A stretch of 64,000 nt of DNA from an uncultured delta proteobacterium (GCA_963806225.1 CAWDXG010000004.1:4064001-4128000), one strand, 5' to 3'; positions 40,783-50,919 are shown, counted from the stretch's first letter. Notes: generated by a model not told the origin, from the letters alone. Translations and numbers: made by a program.

Positions 40783-41586
40783 GGCGCGGAAACCTCCCCG
40801 GCGAAGACGTGGCGCGCCGGCCCACGCAGCGTGACCTCGAGCGTTTCGGGCTCCACGGTGATCTCGAGCGCACCGCCGGGCAAGTAGACGCTCAGGGGCT
40901 CGTCGTAGGCGGCGCGCCCGGAGAGCGCGGCCGCCACCCCGGTGGCCGCAGCACCGGTGCCGCATGCCAGAGTGCGCCCGACGCCGCGTTCCCACACCAC
41001 GAGGTCGAACGCGCCGCCGCCACGCGTCACCGCGAATTCCACGTTCGACCCGCCCGGCAGCTCGCTGGAAACCTGGGGACCGAGCCGGTCGATGGCGGCT
41101 TCATCGAAACCGGAATCGAAGACGATGGCGTGCGGATTGCCCACGGAGATACGCGAGAAGCGGACTTCGGCGCCGTCGAATAGCGTCGCGTGCTCACCGT
41201 CGACCCGTCCACGCCCCATGCCGACCTTCACCTGGGCCGTCGCGCCGTCGCGTTCCACCTCGCACAACAGCGGTCCGGCGTCCGTGTCGACGACGTAGCT
41301 GGTCCCAACCGACGAGTCCTTGCGGGCCAGATGTAGTGCGACACAGCGCAGTCCGTTGCCACACATCTCGGGGCGGCTGCCGTCGGCGTTGAGCACGACC
41401 ATCCGGGCGCGGGCTTCCGCGCTGGTCGCGGGCGTCACCAGGAGCACGCCATCCGCACCGACACCGAAATGGCGATCACAGAGCCGCATCGCCTGCGACG
41501 GATTCGATCGCGGTCGCGGTGTCGGCTTCCACCACGATGAAGTCGTTTCCGAGACCCTCGTACTTGTCGAACACCAAGGCCGTCAT
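40779..41586 (-). CDS. dapF: Diaminopimelate epimerase (+1 frameshift near 41503)
   Basis: FDKYEGLGNDF in one frame from ATG 41586; LCDRHFGVGADG, EMCGNGLRC, GNPH, ERGVGRTLACGTG in the next. Confidence 0.92.
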
Positions 41587-41643
41587 CCGCCGCTAGCCTA
41601 GTCGCGACTCGACGGCGCGGAAACCAGCGGCGCCACGAGCCAT

Positions 41644-41940
41644 TCAGTCGACACCCAACCGGGCGAGCAGCTCCGCCCGGCGCAGGCCCTGTACACTGAC
41701 CAGCTTGTTGCGGCCGGTCGTCCCCGACACGATGTCGACCGCTTTCCGCCCCACACCGAGCCGGCGCGACAGCGTGGAGACAAGCTCCTTGTTCGCCTCG
41801 CCGTCGACCGGCGGTGCGGCAACCGCCACGTCGAGCGCGCCCTCGCGCACGCCGATGACCCGGCTCCGCGACGCGCGCGGCTTGACGTGGACGCGCAGGC
41901 GGAGCGCGCCGCCGCGTTCCTCGATCTGGAGCTCGGTCAC
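41644..41940 (-). CDS. DUF167 / YggU family protein
   Basis: VHVKPRASR, APPVDGEAN, GTTGRNK. Confidence 0.9.
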   Translation of the reverse strand: MTELQIEERGGALRLRVHVKPRASRSRVIGVREGALDVAVAAPPVDGEANKELVSTLSRRLGVGRKAVDIVSGTTGRNKLVSVQGLRRAELLARLGVD

Positions 41941-42117
41941 GGCGCGATCCTAGCCCGGCGCGGGCCCGGAAGCAGGCACAAGACGCGGGGGGCCGGGCGC
42001 GGGCGCGCCGTGCTGGGCCACCGCGCCGCTCCCGGGGCGCGACAACGCCCGCGAAGGCTCCGGGCGGCGGCCCCCCTTCCAGTCCGCCCTGCGGCGTGTC
42101 ATCCCTTGAGCACGACG

Positions 42118-43695
42118 ATGCGACGACCCCTCCTTCTCGGCGGTTTCATGGCAACCGGCAAGTCGACCGTGGGGCGGCTCGTGGCCGAAGGCGAGGGCGT
42201 GCCGTTCGTCGATCTCGACGCGCTCGTGGAGCAGCGCGCCGGTGCGAGCGTTGCGCGTATCTTCCACGAACGGGGCGAGGCGGCATTCCGGGCGCTGGAG
42301 CGAGAAGAGCTCGGCCGGCTACTCGACGCGGGCCGCGCCGAGGTGGTCGCGCTGGGCGGTGGCGCGCTGTCGCGGCGTACGGCGAGGCTGGATGCGCTCG
42401 ATCGCAGCGTCGTGGTGACGCTGGAGGCGCCCGTGGAGGAGATCCTGCGAAGGGCGCGACTCCACGGAGGGCGGCCACTGCTCGACGTGCCCGACCCAGC
42501 CGACCGCATCGCAGAGTTGCTCGAGCAGCGGCGCGTGGGCTATCTCGAAGCGCACGCGCGGGTTGCCACTGCCGGGGTCGAGCCTGCCCGGGTGGCGGAC
42601 CGGGTGGCCGAGGTGTGGCGGCGGGATCCGCTGGCCGTGGCCGCGGGAGATCGCTCCTACGCGGTTGATTTCGGGCATGCCTGCGCGCCGGGCCGGGTCG
42701 CGGAGCTGGTGCGGGGCGCGTCGATGGCGCTCCTGATCACCGACTCCAACGTCGCCCCGCTGCACGCCGCGCCGGTCGAACAGGCTCTGGCGGCCGTGCT
42801 GCCGACGGTGGAGCGCGTCGTCCTCGACGCCGGCGAGCAGCACAAGAACGTCCAGGCCCTGCAGCGCATCTGGCAGGCAGCGCTCGGAGCTGGCGCGGAT
42901 CGCAGCAGCGTCCTGGTCGCGGTTGGAGGAGGCGTGGTCAGCGATGTGGCCGGCTTCGCAGCGGCGACCTGGATGCGTGGCATCCGCTGGGTCGCGGCAC
43001 CCACCACGCTGCTCGCGATGGTGGATGCCTCCGTGGGCGGCAAGACGGCTGTGGACCTCGACTCGGGAAAGAACCTGGTGGGCGCGTTCTGGCAGCCCTG
43101 CGGCGTCGTCTGCGACACGGCGACGCTCGCGACGGAGCCGGAGCGCGGCTACGTGGGCGCACTGGCCGAGGTCGTGAAGACCGCGCTGATCGGCGATCCG
43201 GAACTCTTCGCCATGCTGGAGGCGAACAGCGCGGCGGTGCGCGGACGCGATCAGGCCCTGCTCGCGCAGCTGGTCCGGCGCAGCGTCCGGGTGAAGGCCA
43301 GGATCGTGGGGCTGGACGAACGGGAGAGCGGACCCAGGGCGACGCTCAACCTCGGCCACACCGTCGGCCACGCGCTGGAAGCCGAGGGTGGCTACACGCG
43401 GCTCACGCACGGTGAAGCCGTGAGTCTGGGCCTGGTCGCAGCGCTGGCTATCGGCGAGGAGCTCGGACAGACCCCGGCCGCGCTGGTCGCGCGCACGGTG
43501 GAGCTTCTGCGGTCGCTCGGGCTGCCGGCCTCGCTTCGAGGCGAACCGCTTGCCGAGGCCGCCGAGCTCATCGGCTACGACAAGAAGCGCTCCGGAGACC
43601 AGCTGCGTTTCATCGCGGTGCGGGGCATGGGCCGGGTCGAAGCCGTCGAGCTGCCCGTGGCGGGGCTGCGGGAGCGGGTCCGTAGCCTCGGCTAG
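42118..43695 (+). CDS. aroB: Shikimate kinase - 3-dehydroquinate synthase fusion (AroK-AroB)
   Basis: GFMATGKSTVG, GEAAFRALE; GGGVVSD, PTTLLAMVDASVGGKT, LNLGHTVGHALE, HGEAV. Confidence 0.95.
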   Translation: MRRPLLLGGFMATGKSTVGRLVAEGEGVPFVDLDALVEQRAGASVARIFHERGEAAFRALEREELGRLLDAGRAEVVALGGGALSRRTARLDALDRSVVVTLEAPVEEILRRARLHGGRPLLDVPDPADRIAELLEQRRVGYLEAHARVATAGVEPARVADRVAEVWRRDPLAVAAGDRSYAVDFGHACAPGRVAELVRGASMALLITDSNVAPLHAAPVEQALAAVLPTVERVVLDAGEQHKNVQALQRIWQAALGAGADRSSVLVAVGGGVVSDVAGFAAATWMRGIRWVAAPTTLLAMVDASVGGKTAVDLDSGKNLVGAFWQPCGVVCDTATLATEPERGYVGALAEVVKTALIGDPELFAMLEANSAAVRGRDQALLAQLVRRSVRVKARIVGLDERESGPRATLNLGHTVGHALEAEGGYTRLTHGEAVSLGLVAALAIGEELGQTPAALVARTVELLRSLGLPASLRGEPLAEAAELIGYDKKRSGDQLRFIAVRGMGRVEAVELPVAGLRERVRSLG

Positions 43696-43845
43696 ACGCC
43701 GTTGATACTGCGCGGGCCTTCAGTGGTAGTCGCCAGGGGCGCTCGATTGTTGGCGGGAGGGGGCTCCCCCCGATAGACTTCCATTCGAGAGTCGGGACGC
43801 CTCGTCGCTGTTCGGGGCCGCCCCCGGTTCGCTTTCGAGGTCATC

Positions 43846-44562
43846 ATGCGTTGGCTGCCCCGACACTTCTTCACGGCTGCGATTCTGCTCGGAGCGGGTC
43901 TAGTTGCCGCCTCCGGCTGCGCGGACAACAAGACCGCGCTGTTCATCCGCGGCGTGGTTGCGCTGCAGTCCCCTGGCTGCGATGCGAAGGCCGATCCGTC
44001 CGCGACGATGCTCGGGGGTGGCGTTATGGACGTGGCACTCACTCGCGAGTACTGGGCAGCGCTTCTGGTCGGCAACCAGTTGACCGAGCGCGGCTCACGC
44101 GACCAGGTCCGCACGGAGACCGACCGCGTTTCGCTCACGGGAGCCGTGGTGGACGTGCAGAACTCGTCGGGCGGCACGCTGAGTGGCGGCAGCTACACGA
44201 CCGACGCAACCGGCTTCGTCGATCCAGCTAGTGGCAACACGCCAAGCTACGGCGTCGTCTTCGTCCGCCTGGTTCCGAGCTCGGTATCGGTGTCAGCCGG
44301 CCAGCAGCTCACGGTGAAGGTCCACGTCTTCGGCGACACACTCGGCGGGCGCTACATCGAGTCGGGCGACTTGAGCTACCCGATCAGCGTCTGCAGCGGG
44401 TGTCTGGTGAGCTTCCCGTCGAACGCCTACGACCCGGCGAACCCGAGCGCGGGCTGCACGGGCGATCCGGGCAGTGCGACAGAACCCTGCTATCCTGGCC
44501 AGGACGAGCCCATCGATTGCCGGCTCTGCACCCAGAATCCGGCCTGCGTCCCGCCGGGCTGA
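43846..44562 (+). CDS. Hypothetical lipoprotein
   Basis: Lipobox ASGC; beta-rich body; Cys-rich tail. Confidence 0.75.
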   Translation: MRWLPRHFFTAAILLGAGLVAASGCADNKTALFIRGVVALQSPGCDAKADPSATMLGGGVMDVALTREYWAALLVGNQLTERGSRDQVRTETDRVSLTGAVVDVQNSSGGTLSGGSYTTDATGFVDPASGNTPSYGVVFVRLVPSSVSVSAGQQLTVKVHVFGDTLGGRYIESGDLSYPISVCSGCLVSFPSNAYDPANPSAGCTGDPGSATEPCYPGQDEPIDCRLCTQNPACVPPG

Positions 44563-44623
44563 GTGTTCGCCGGCGCGCGGGGGTCTCCCTGCACGCGGAG
44601 GCTTGCTGTAGTAGCGTAAGGTC

Positions 44624-45226
44624 TTGATGCCGCTTGCGCCGCGCGCCGTCGGGGGACTTGGCCGTAGGCTTTTCGCCGGCGCTGTCGCCGCGTTTCTGCT
44701 CGCGCTCCCGGCGTACGCCCACGCGGACCCACAGTGGAACGCGAGCCTGCTGACCGGCGTGTGCGGCACCGGCTCGCACGCCTACTGGCAGCACACCTGT
44801 TGGTTCAATGGGTTGCGTTCGGACGTGCTGTTCGGCCGCTCGCAGAACACGGACGTCGGCGTCGGGCCGTACCTGCATCTGACGACGGCGGGGTTCGAGG
44901 ACGTGCGACTCGGTGGCGGCGTCACGACGCTACTGCCGGTGCATCCCTATTTCCCGCTTGGGCTCTCGGCTGGTGGCTACGCGCGGCACAGCGCAGCTGG
45001 TTGGGAGCCCGGCTTGTCCGGGTGGCTCTTCGTCGGCAGCAAGAGCTACAACTATCACTCGAGCTACATCATGACCGGCGGGCTCCTGGTCGGTCTGAAC
45101 TACGGGCTCGGCCGCACCCGCGAGCGCACGATCGTCATCGCCGCGCAGATCGACGGGCTCGTGCTCGCGCTTCCCTTCATCATCGGATACGAGTGGCTGC
45201 GCGGCCCCCCGTCCGCCGACCACTGA
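44624..45226 (+). CDS. Hypothetical exported protein (possible small beta-barrel)
   Basis: Signal peptide AHA-D; Gly/aromatic amphipathic strands. Confidence 0.65.
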   Translation: MMPLAPRAVGGLGRRLFAGAVAAFLLALPAYAHADPQWNASLLTGVCGTGSHAYWQHTCWFNGLRSDVLFGRSQNTDVGVGPYLHLTTAGFEDVRLGGGVTTLLPVHPYFPLGLSAGGYARHSAAGWEPGLSGWLFVGSKSYNYHSSYIMTGGLLVGLNYGLGRTRERTIVIAAQIDGLVLALPFIIGYEWLRGPPSADH

Positions 45227-45242
45227 CGACGCAGCCGGAGCG

Positions 45243-45578
45243 TCAATGTTCCGGTGACGCGGGCTCGCCGTCGTGTGCCGGCTTTGCGTCGCCGGTCTCT
45301 TCGAGAACGTTGTCGATGCGCTCGAGCAGCGCAGTGAGCATCTCGCGGGAGCGCGCTTCGACGTGCCGGCGGCGTTCCCGTTCCTCTTCGAGATCGTGCG
45401 CGAGCGCGATCGCGGCAAGCAGCATCGCCTGCGGCGATATGGGACGCCCCGGCCCGGTCAGCGCGCGTAGGCGCGCGTCGACCAGATCGGCGAGACGACG
45501 CAGCTCCGCCTCTTCAGCGGAGGCGACCACGCGGTAGGTCTGTCCGCCAACCCGCAGTTCGACGGGAGAGCGATGCAT
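45243..45578 (-). CDS. zapA: Cell division protein ZapA
   Basis: VELRVGGQTYRV...LRRLADLVDARL...LLAAIALA followed by a coiled coil. Confidence 0.85.
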   Translation of the reverse strand: MHRSPVELRVGGQTYRVVASAEEAELRRLADLVDARLRALTGPGRPISPQAMLLAAIALAHDLEEERERRRHVEARSREMLTALLERIDNVLEETGDAKPAHDGEPASPEH

Positions 45579-45907
45579 GCGCGCCACGGTACCACCACGG
45601 GGCGTACATGGAAATGCCCCCGGCGCGGAGGGTGCTCGGCTTCGCGCGTTCGTAGGCGTCATGTCATCCGGTGTGCCGCGAAATCACTTCGAATGACGGC
45701 GCGCGTTGCACAGAGGGCGTCCCGCAGGCGGCGCGCGGTCGGCGCTGCTTGCTGTTGGTTTGCTCGCGTCTGGACTCACTCCAGTTGGGGCTTGACGTGG
45801 GTGGAAAGGTCGTGTCCCGACGCGCGGCCTCGACGTGTGGATCGACTTCCGGGGCGACGCGCTTGGTGGTCGTAGGCGACGAGCTCCGGCAGCTAGGTAG
45901 CTGTGGC

Positions 45908-46525
45908 CTATCGGAACACGCGCAGCACCAGGTCGCTCGCGAGCGCCGCATCCTCGGTGTGTGTCCACGGATGTTCGAGACGATAGCGGGCGATGCCTTC
46001 CAGCGCTGCGGTCACCGCGGCGAGACGGAGCTCGTCGGGTCGCGTCGAGACGACTGCATCTCGCAGTGCGTCCGAAAGCAGAGCGCGCAGCAGGTCGCGC
46101 AGCGGTTCGCCGGCACACGTGAGCACGGAGTGCGGCTGGCGCGACGGCGTTCGCAACAGGGCGCGCGCGACGAAGGGCTGGTCTTCGACAAACGCGGTCC
46201 AGGCGCCGAGCGCGGCGCGCAGGCGTTCGCGGGGCGTCCAGGCTTCTGTGAGGGATTGTTCGAGCTGTTCGCTGAGCAGCGCCGCGCCGCGCGCGGTCGC
46301 CTCCTGGATGGCCGCGTCGAAGTCATCGAAGTGTTCGTAGAACGTGTTTCGTCCGATGCGTGCTGCAGCGACGACGTGTGTGACGGTCGCGTGTTGGCCG
46401 TGGTCTGCCAAGGCCTGCGTCGTCGCCTGCAGCAGGCGTTCGTGCTGTCGGGCTCGGCGCGCCGGGCCCGGCAGGGTCCGGTCGTAGCGGCCTCGCGGCG
46501 GCGCCGGTTCGACACGGCGTGGCAT
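45908..46525 (-). CDS. TetR/AcrR family transcriptional regulator
   Basis: ATVTHVVAAARIGRNTFYEHFDD; TATACT on the minus strand (46540-46535) 9 nt before the ATG. Confidence 0.8.
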   Translation of the reverse strand: MPRRVEPAPPRGRYDRTLPGPARRARQHERLLQATTQALADHGQHATVTHVVAAARIGRNTFYEHFDDFDAAIQEATARGAALLSEQLEQSLTEAWTPRERLRAALGAWTAFVEDQPFVARALLRTPSRQPHSVLTCAGEPLRDLLRALLSDALRDAVVSTRPDELRLAAVTAALEGIARYRLEHPWTHTEDAALASDLVLRVFR

Positions 46526-46668
46526 AGAAACTTTAGTATATTATTATTCGGGGCTTTTTGCGTGGTCCTTTGGGGGCGCCATTTCCGGGCGGTTCCGGGG
46601 GCAGAACGCCGCCATAACAGGCGGGAATTATTAGCGAAGATATAAAAACTACTGCGTATTACTTCCGG

Positions 46669-46684
46669 GGTTTCACGTGCAACA
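46669..46684. other. parS site
   Basis: GGTTTCACGTGCAACA vs consensus TGTTNCACGTGNAACA (1 mismatch). Confidence 0.75.
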
Positions 46685-47295
46685 TGGTGCCGAGCGGGTC
46701 GGGGGATGGGCTTCCGGGGCTGCTGCCGGGCGATTGGAGCGTTGCGTCGCCGGCGGTGGGGGCTCGCTCGGGGCGCGATCCAGCGCCCGGCGAGGCCACC
46801 TCGCTCGGGGCGCGAGCCGGTCCGCGCGAGGGCGCGCAGCGCCGTCGGCGACGGCGCGGAGCGGTGCGCTGCGATGCGGCCTGGGGAGCAGGACGCGACC
46901 CGCCGCGGCCGCGGCGCTCACGGGCCAGCGCGCGTCTCGGCGGCTGGCCGCCAGTAGCGCGCCGCCGCAAGCCCGCCCTTGGCCCCTGCTTCGTGAACGT
47001 GCCCCCGGTAGTGCCGCCGCTGCTTGTCAGGCGGGTCGAGCCGGATGGGCGTGACGCGTCGGGGTCGCTGCGCGCTGTCTTCGCCCCGGTGTTTCCAGCT
47101 TGCGGCGGGGCGGACGGCGACCCAACGACCCGAAACGCGCGTGCCCTTGGGGCGTGTCGCAGGGCGAGCGTGGCTGTGTGTCCAACGTCCCTGCCCGTTA
47201 TCGCCTGAACGCGGTCCCACTTGCCAGGAGTCGCCCGCAATCCTGTCGCTGACGCCGCGCCTGACTACTGCTACTTACGCTTCGTGGATCGGCCG

Positions 47296-48458
47296 ATGCG
47301 CTCTTTGCTTCGAGGCAGGCTCGACGCGCTTGACGCCGCCGGGTCGCTACGCCGACCGGACGCCGAAGCGGGCTCGGGCCAGGCTAGCGGGCCAGCGGTT
47401 GTCGATCGCCGGCTGGACCTTTCGTCGAACGACTACCTCGGCCTGGGCCGGCGCAACGTTTCACGTGAAACCCTCGACGCCATCCGCCACGCGCCCCCGG
47501 GCGGCAGGGCCTCCCGCCTCATCTTCGGCACCCACGCCGCCCATCTCGAACTGGAACGCGAGCTCGCCAACTGGGTCCAACAGCCCGCCGCGCTACTGTT
47601 CAGCAGCGGATACGCCGCGAACGTTGGAACCCTGGCCGCACTCGCGGGGCCAGGCGACGTGGTCTTCTCAGACGCCCTGAACCACACGTCGAATCATCGA
47701 TGGCTGCCGCCTCTCGGCAGCGGAGATCCGCGTCTACCCGCACGGCGACTTGCCCTCTCTCGAGCGCCAGCTCGCCACACACGTCGCCGGCCACCGTTGG
47801 ATCGTGACGGAGAGCTACTTCAGCATGGACGGCGACACCCCGGACCTCGGGGCGCTGGCCGCCATCGGCGAGCGACACGGCGCCTCGCTCATCCTCGACG
47901 AAGCCCACGCCCTTGGGGTGTTCGGCCCCGCCGGCGCCGGTCTTGCGCGCGCCGCCGGCGTCAAGCCGGAACGTCCTGGTGGGGACGCTAGGCAAAGCCA
48001 TCGGCGCACAGGGCGCGTTCGTCGCAGGGTCGCCGGAGCTGCGCGCCTACCTCTGGAACCGGGCCCGCAGCCTGGTCTTCTCTACCGCGCCTTCCCCGAT
48101 ACTGGCTGCTCTGACCCTCGAGCAGGTCCGTCGCACCCGCGCAGCGGCGTCGGAGCGGGCACGACTCCACGAAAGCTGCCGCCAGCTGCGGGAAACGCTG
48201 CACGCAGCTGGAGTCCCGGTACTGGTAGCCAGCCATGGCCCCATCGTTCCGGTCGTCCTGGGCACCAACGCTGCCGCTCTAGCGGCAGCCGAGGCCCTCG
48301 CGGAGCAGGGGATCCAGGCCCGCGCAATACGCCCTCCAACGGTCCCCGACGGAACCGCCCGCCTCCGCATCACCGTAGACGCCGCGCTGCAACCCGGGGA
48401 CATCGCGTTGATCGCACAGGCCCTCGCGGCCGTAGCCGGGACCAGATGCTGCGGGTAG
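47296..48458 (+). CDS. bioF: 8-amino-7-oxononanoate synthase (two +1 frameshifts near 47692 and 47970)
   Basis: SSNDYLGL, FSSGYAANVG, NHTS/IIDGCRLS, ESYFSMDGD, DEAH, GTLGKA, IRPPTVP spread over three frames. Confidence 0.92.
47457..47472. other. parS site inside bioF
   Basis: CGTTTCACGTGAAACC with a perfect 14-bp palindrome; encodes VSRET. Confidence 0.82.
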
Positions 48459-49129
48459 TCGTCCTGGGCACTGGCACGGGCGTCGGCAAGACCTTCGTGT
48501 GCACCGCCCTTCTCCGCGAGCTGGGCCACCGAGGCGTGAACACCGTGGGACTGAAGCCGATCGAAACTGGCCTCCGACCCCAGGGCGACAGCCCAACGCC
48601 GGACAGCGACTGCGCACGGCTCGAGAGCGCCGCCTCCGCCCCCGCCCCACACCCGCACCCGTTGTACAGCTTCCAGGATCCGATCTCGCCGCACCTCGCG
48701 GCGCGCCGCGCGAACACCGCCATCGACACAGCAGCAATCGCCAGGTGGATGCACGCCAATACAATACAATACACCACACCCGGGGTGGCCATCATCGAAA
48801 CCGCCGGGGGCGCCTTGAGCCCCCTCGCACCCGGCATCACGAACCTCGACCTCGCCGCGGCGCTACAGCCGGCGCTGTTGCTGCTGGTTGCCCCCGACGC
48901 CCTGGGCGTCCTGCATGATCTCTCCGCGACGCTCGGCGTCCTGCGCGCATCAGCCCGCGCACCCGACTATGTACTGCTCAGCGCCTCGCGCGGCCAAGAC
49001 GCGTCCACAGGTACCAACGCCGACGAGCTACGCCACCTGGGCATCGCCGACCCCATCGCGGTCCTTGCCCCCGGCGAACCCACCGGGCTCCAGCCACTCG
49101 TCGACGCCCTGGTCGCGGCGAGCGCCTGA
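48446..49129 (+). CDS. bioD: Dethiobiotin synthase
   Basis: GTGTGVGKT, KPIETG, SPHLAA, ETAGG. Confidence 0.92.
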   Translation: MLRVVVLGTGTGVGKTFVCTALLRELGHRGVNTVGLKPIETGLRPQGDSPTPDSDCARLESAASAPAPHPHPLYSFQDPISPHLAARRANTAIDTAAIARWMHANTIQYTTPGVAIIETAGGALSPLAPGITNLDLAAALQPALLLLVAPDALGVLHDLSATLGVLRASARAPDYVLLSASRGQDASTGTNADELRHLGIADPIAVLAPGEPTGLQPLVDALVAASA

Positions 49130-49134
49130 GCGCC

Positions 49135-49800
49135 TCAGCCCCGCTTGGCCGGACCGCCCGCGATACGACCCGCCACAAGACGCACGCGCACCCCGGCAAG
49201 CCGCGCCGCGAGGTCGCTGGAGTGGCTCACAACGATGACGAGCACGCCGCGATCCCGCTCCTCAATCAACACCTGCTCTAGACGCTCGGCGCTGGCCGCA
49301 TCCAGCCCCGCCCACGGCTCGTCCAGAAGCAGCACCGACGGGTCGTGCACCAACGCCCGCCCCAATGCCACCCGCTGACGCTGACCACGCGAGAGCGTCC
49401 CTACCGCTCGGTGCTCGAGCGCTTCGATAGCCACACGACCCGCAACGCGCTCCCAGGCCTGCTTGCCATCGACTCCGTAGAGCCTGCCGGCCAGCTCCAC
49501 GTTCTGCCGTGCGGTCAGCTCCCGGTAGCAGTGGCTGTCGTGCGCGACCCAGCCCATGTGCGGGCGCACCTGCTCCACGTCTTCCCCCAACGGCGCATAC
49601 ACCACGCTCCCCGAAGTGGGCTGGAGCACCGTTCCGACCACCGCCAGCAGCGTGCTCTTCCCGGCACCATTCGGCCCCTCGAGGAAGCTGATCGTGCCCG
49701 CCTCGAAGCGCGTGCTGACGCCGCGAAGAGCGGGCGTGGCGCCGAACAGCCGGGTCACGCCCCGGACCTCGATCCGCTCTATGCGCCCGTTCAGTTCCAC
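49135..49800 (-). CDS. ccmA: ABC ATP-binding protein, CcmA-like
   Basis: GPNGAGKST, LTARQN, LSRGQRQR, LLLDEPWAGLD. Confidence 0.7.
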   Translation of the reverse strand: MELNGRIERIEVRGVTRLFGATPALRGVSTRFEAGTISFLEGPNGAGKSTLLAVVGTVLQPTSGSVVYAPLGEDVEQVRPHMGWVAHDSHCYRELTARQNVELAGRLYGVDGKQAWERVAGRVAIEALEHRAVGTLSRGQRQRVALGRALVHDPSVLLLDEPWAGLDAASAERLEQVLIEERDRGVLVIVVSHSSDLAARLAGVRVRLVAGRIAGGPAKRG

Positions 49801-49934
49801 GCGCTCTGGATAGCACACCACGCCGGCCCGATGCCGCAGAGCCGGCTGGCCCGCAAGCCGAAACCGGACGCGCGCGCCCGTCACCGCGCGATCTGCCCCG
49901 CCGGCGAGGAGACACGCCCCGACGCCATGCTACG

Positions 49935-50909
49935 ATGCCCACAATGTCCTCGTCTGCCGTCGCGGTCGACGCCGAACGCATCGAGCGCCTCGTCGAGCTC
50001 CGCCGCGCCGTGGAAGGCGCCCTCGAAGGCAAGCCCGACGCCGTCGAGCTGGCGTTGGTGGCACTCCTCGCCCGCGGCCACGTTCTGATCGAGGACGTCC
50101 CCGGCGTCGGCAAGACGACCCTCGCGCGGGGCCTTGCCAAGGCCGTCGGCGGCGAGATGCGGCGGGTGCAGTTCACGAGCGACCTGCTTCCAAGCGACGT
50201 GCTCGGAGTATCCGTCTACGACCAACGCACGGGCGATTTCGTGCTGCGGCACGGGCCCATCTTCAGCAACGTGCTGCTCGCCGACGAGATCAACCGCGCC
50301 AGCCCCCGCACGCAATCGGCCCTGCTCGAAGCGATGAACGACGGCCAGGTGTCCCTCGACGGCAAGACCATTCCACTCCCCGAGCCGTTCCTGGTGATCG
50401 CGACGCAGAATCCACAGGACTTCACCGGCACCTTTCCGCTCCCCGAGTCGCAACTCGATCGCTTCATGGTCCGCGTCCGCATCGGCTATCCCCCCGCCCA
50501 CGTCGAGACGCGACTGATGCTGGAACCCGAGTCGGATCGCATCCAGCACGTACCCACCGTCCTCGACCCGCAGTCCCTCGTCGCGCTGCAGCGCAACGTC
50601 GATCGCGTCAACGTCGACGCTTCGCTCGGCACCTATCTGCAGGCGCTCATCTCGGCGACGCGGACAACTCCCGCACTGGCACTGGGCGCCTCGACGCGTG
50701 CGGGCATGAATCTATCGCGAGCGGCTCGCGCGCGCGCTCTCGTGCAGGGACGACGCTACTGCATCGCGGACGATATCCACGACCTCGCCGTGCCGCTCCT
50801 GGCGCACCGTGTGCGGCTCGCCGCACACGCCGAAGGCTACGTTCCGAGCCGTGAGGAAGCGGAAACCGCCGTGCGCGACATCGTGGCGCGCGTTCCGGTG
50901 CCGCTCTGA
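49935..50909 (+). CDS. MoxR family AAA+ ATPase
   Basis: EDVPGVGKT, QFTSDLLPSD, DEINRA, ATQNP, LPESQLDRF. Confidence 0.95.
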   Translation: MPTMSSSAVAVDAERIERLVELRRAVEGALEGKPDAVELALVALLARGHVLIEDVPGVGKTTLARGLAKAVGGEMRRVQFTSDLLPSDVLGVSVYDQRTGDFVLRHGPIFSNVLLADEINRASPRTQSALLEAMNDGQVSLDGKTIPLPEPFLVIATQNPQDFTGTFPLPESQLDRFMVRVRIGYPPAHVETRLMLEPESDRIQHVPTVLDPQSLVALQRNVDRVNVDASLGTYLQALISATRTTPALALGASTRAGMNLSRAARARALVQGRRYCIADDIHDLAVPLLAHRVRLAAHAEGYVPSREEAETAVRDIVARVPVPL

Positions 50910-50919
50910 GAGCCGCGCC

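Noticed and set aside
45580..45900. Possible 6S RNA near zapA
   Set aside because: ssrS normally lies downstream of zapA, whereas this gap is upstream, and I could not recognise the 6S structure; an Infernal scan is needed to exclude it
46528..46556. AT-rich TAGTATATTATTATTC as a dif site
   Set aside because: No match to the conserved XerD arm TTATGTTAAAT; better explained as the -10 region of the TetR gene; nearby parS sites argue against a terminus
47262..47278. CTA-CTG-CTA-CTT as DnaA-trios marking oriC
   Set aside because: No convincing adjacent DnaA box; equally explained as the bioF promoter region
40779..48458. Calling dapF and bioF pseudogenes
   Set aside because: The catalytic motifs are intact and each break is a single same-type base insertion, so artefact is more likely
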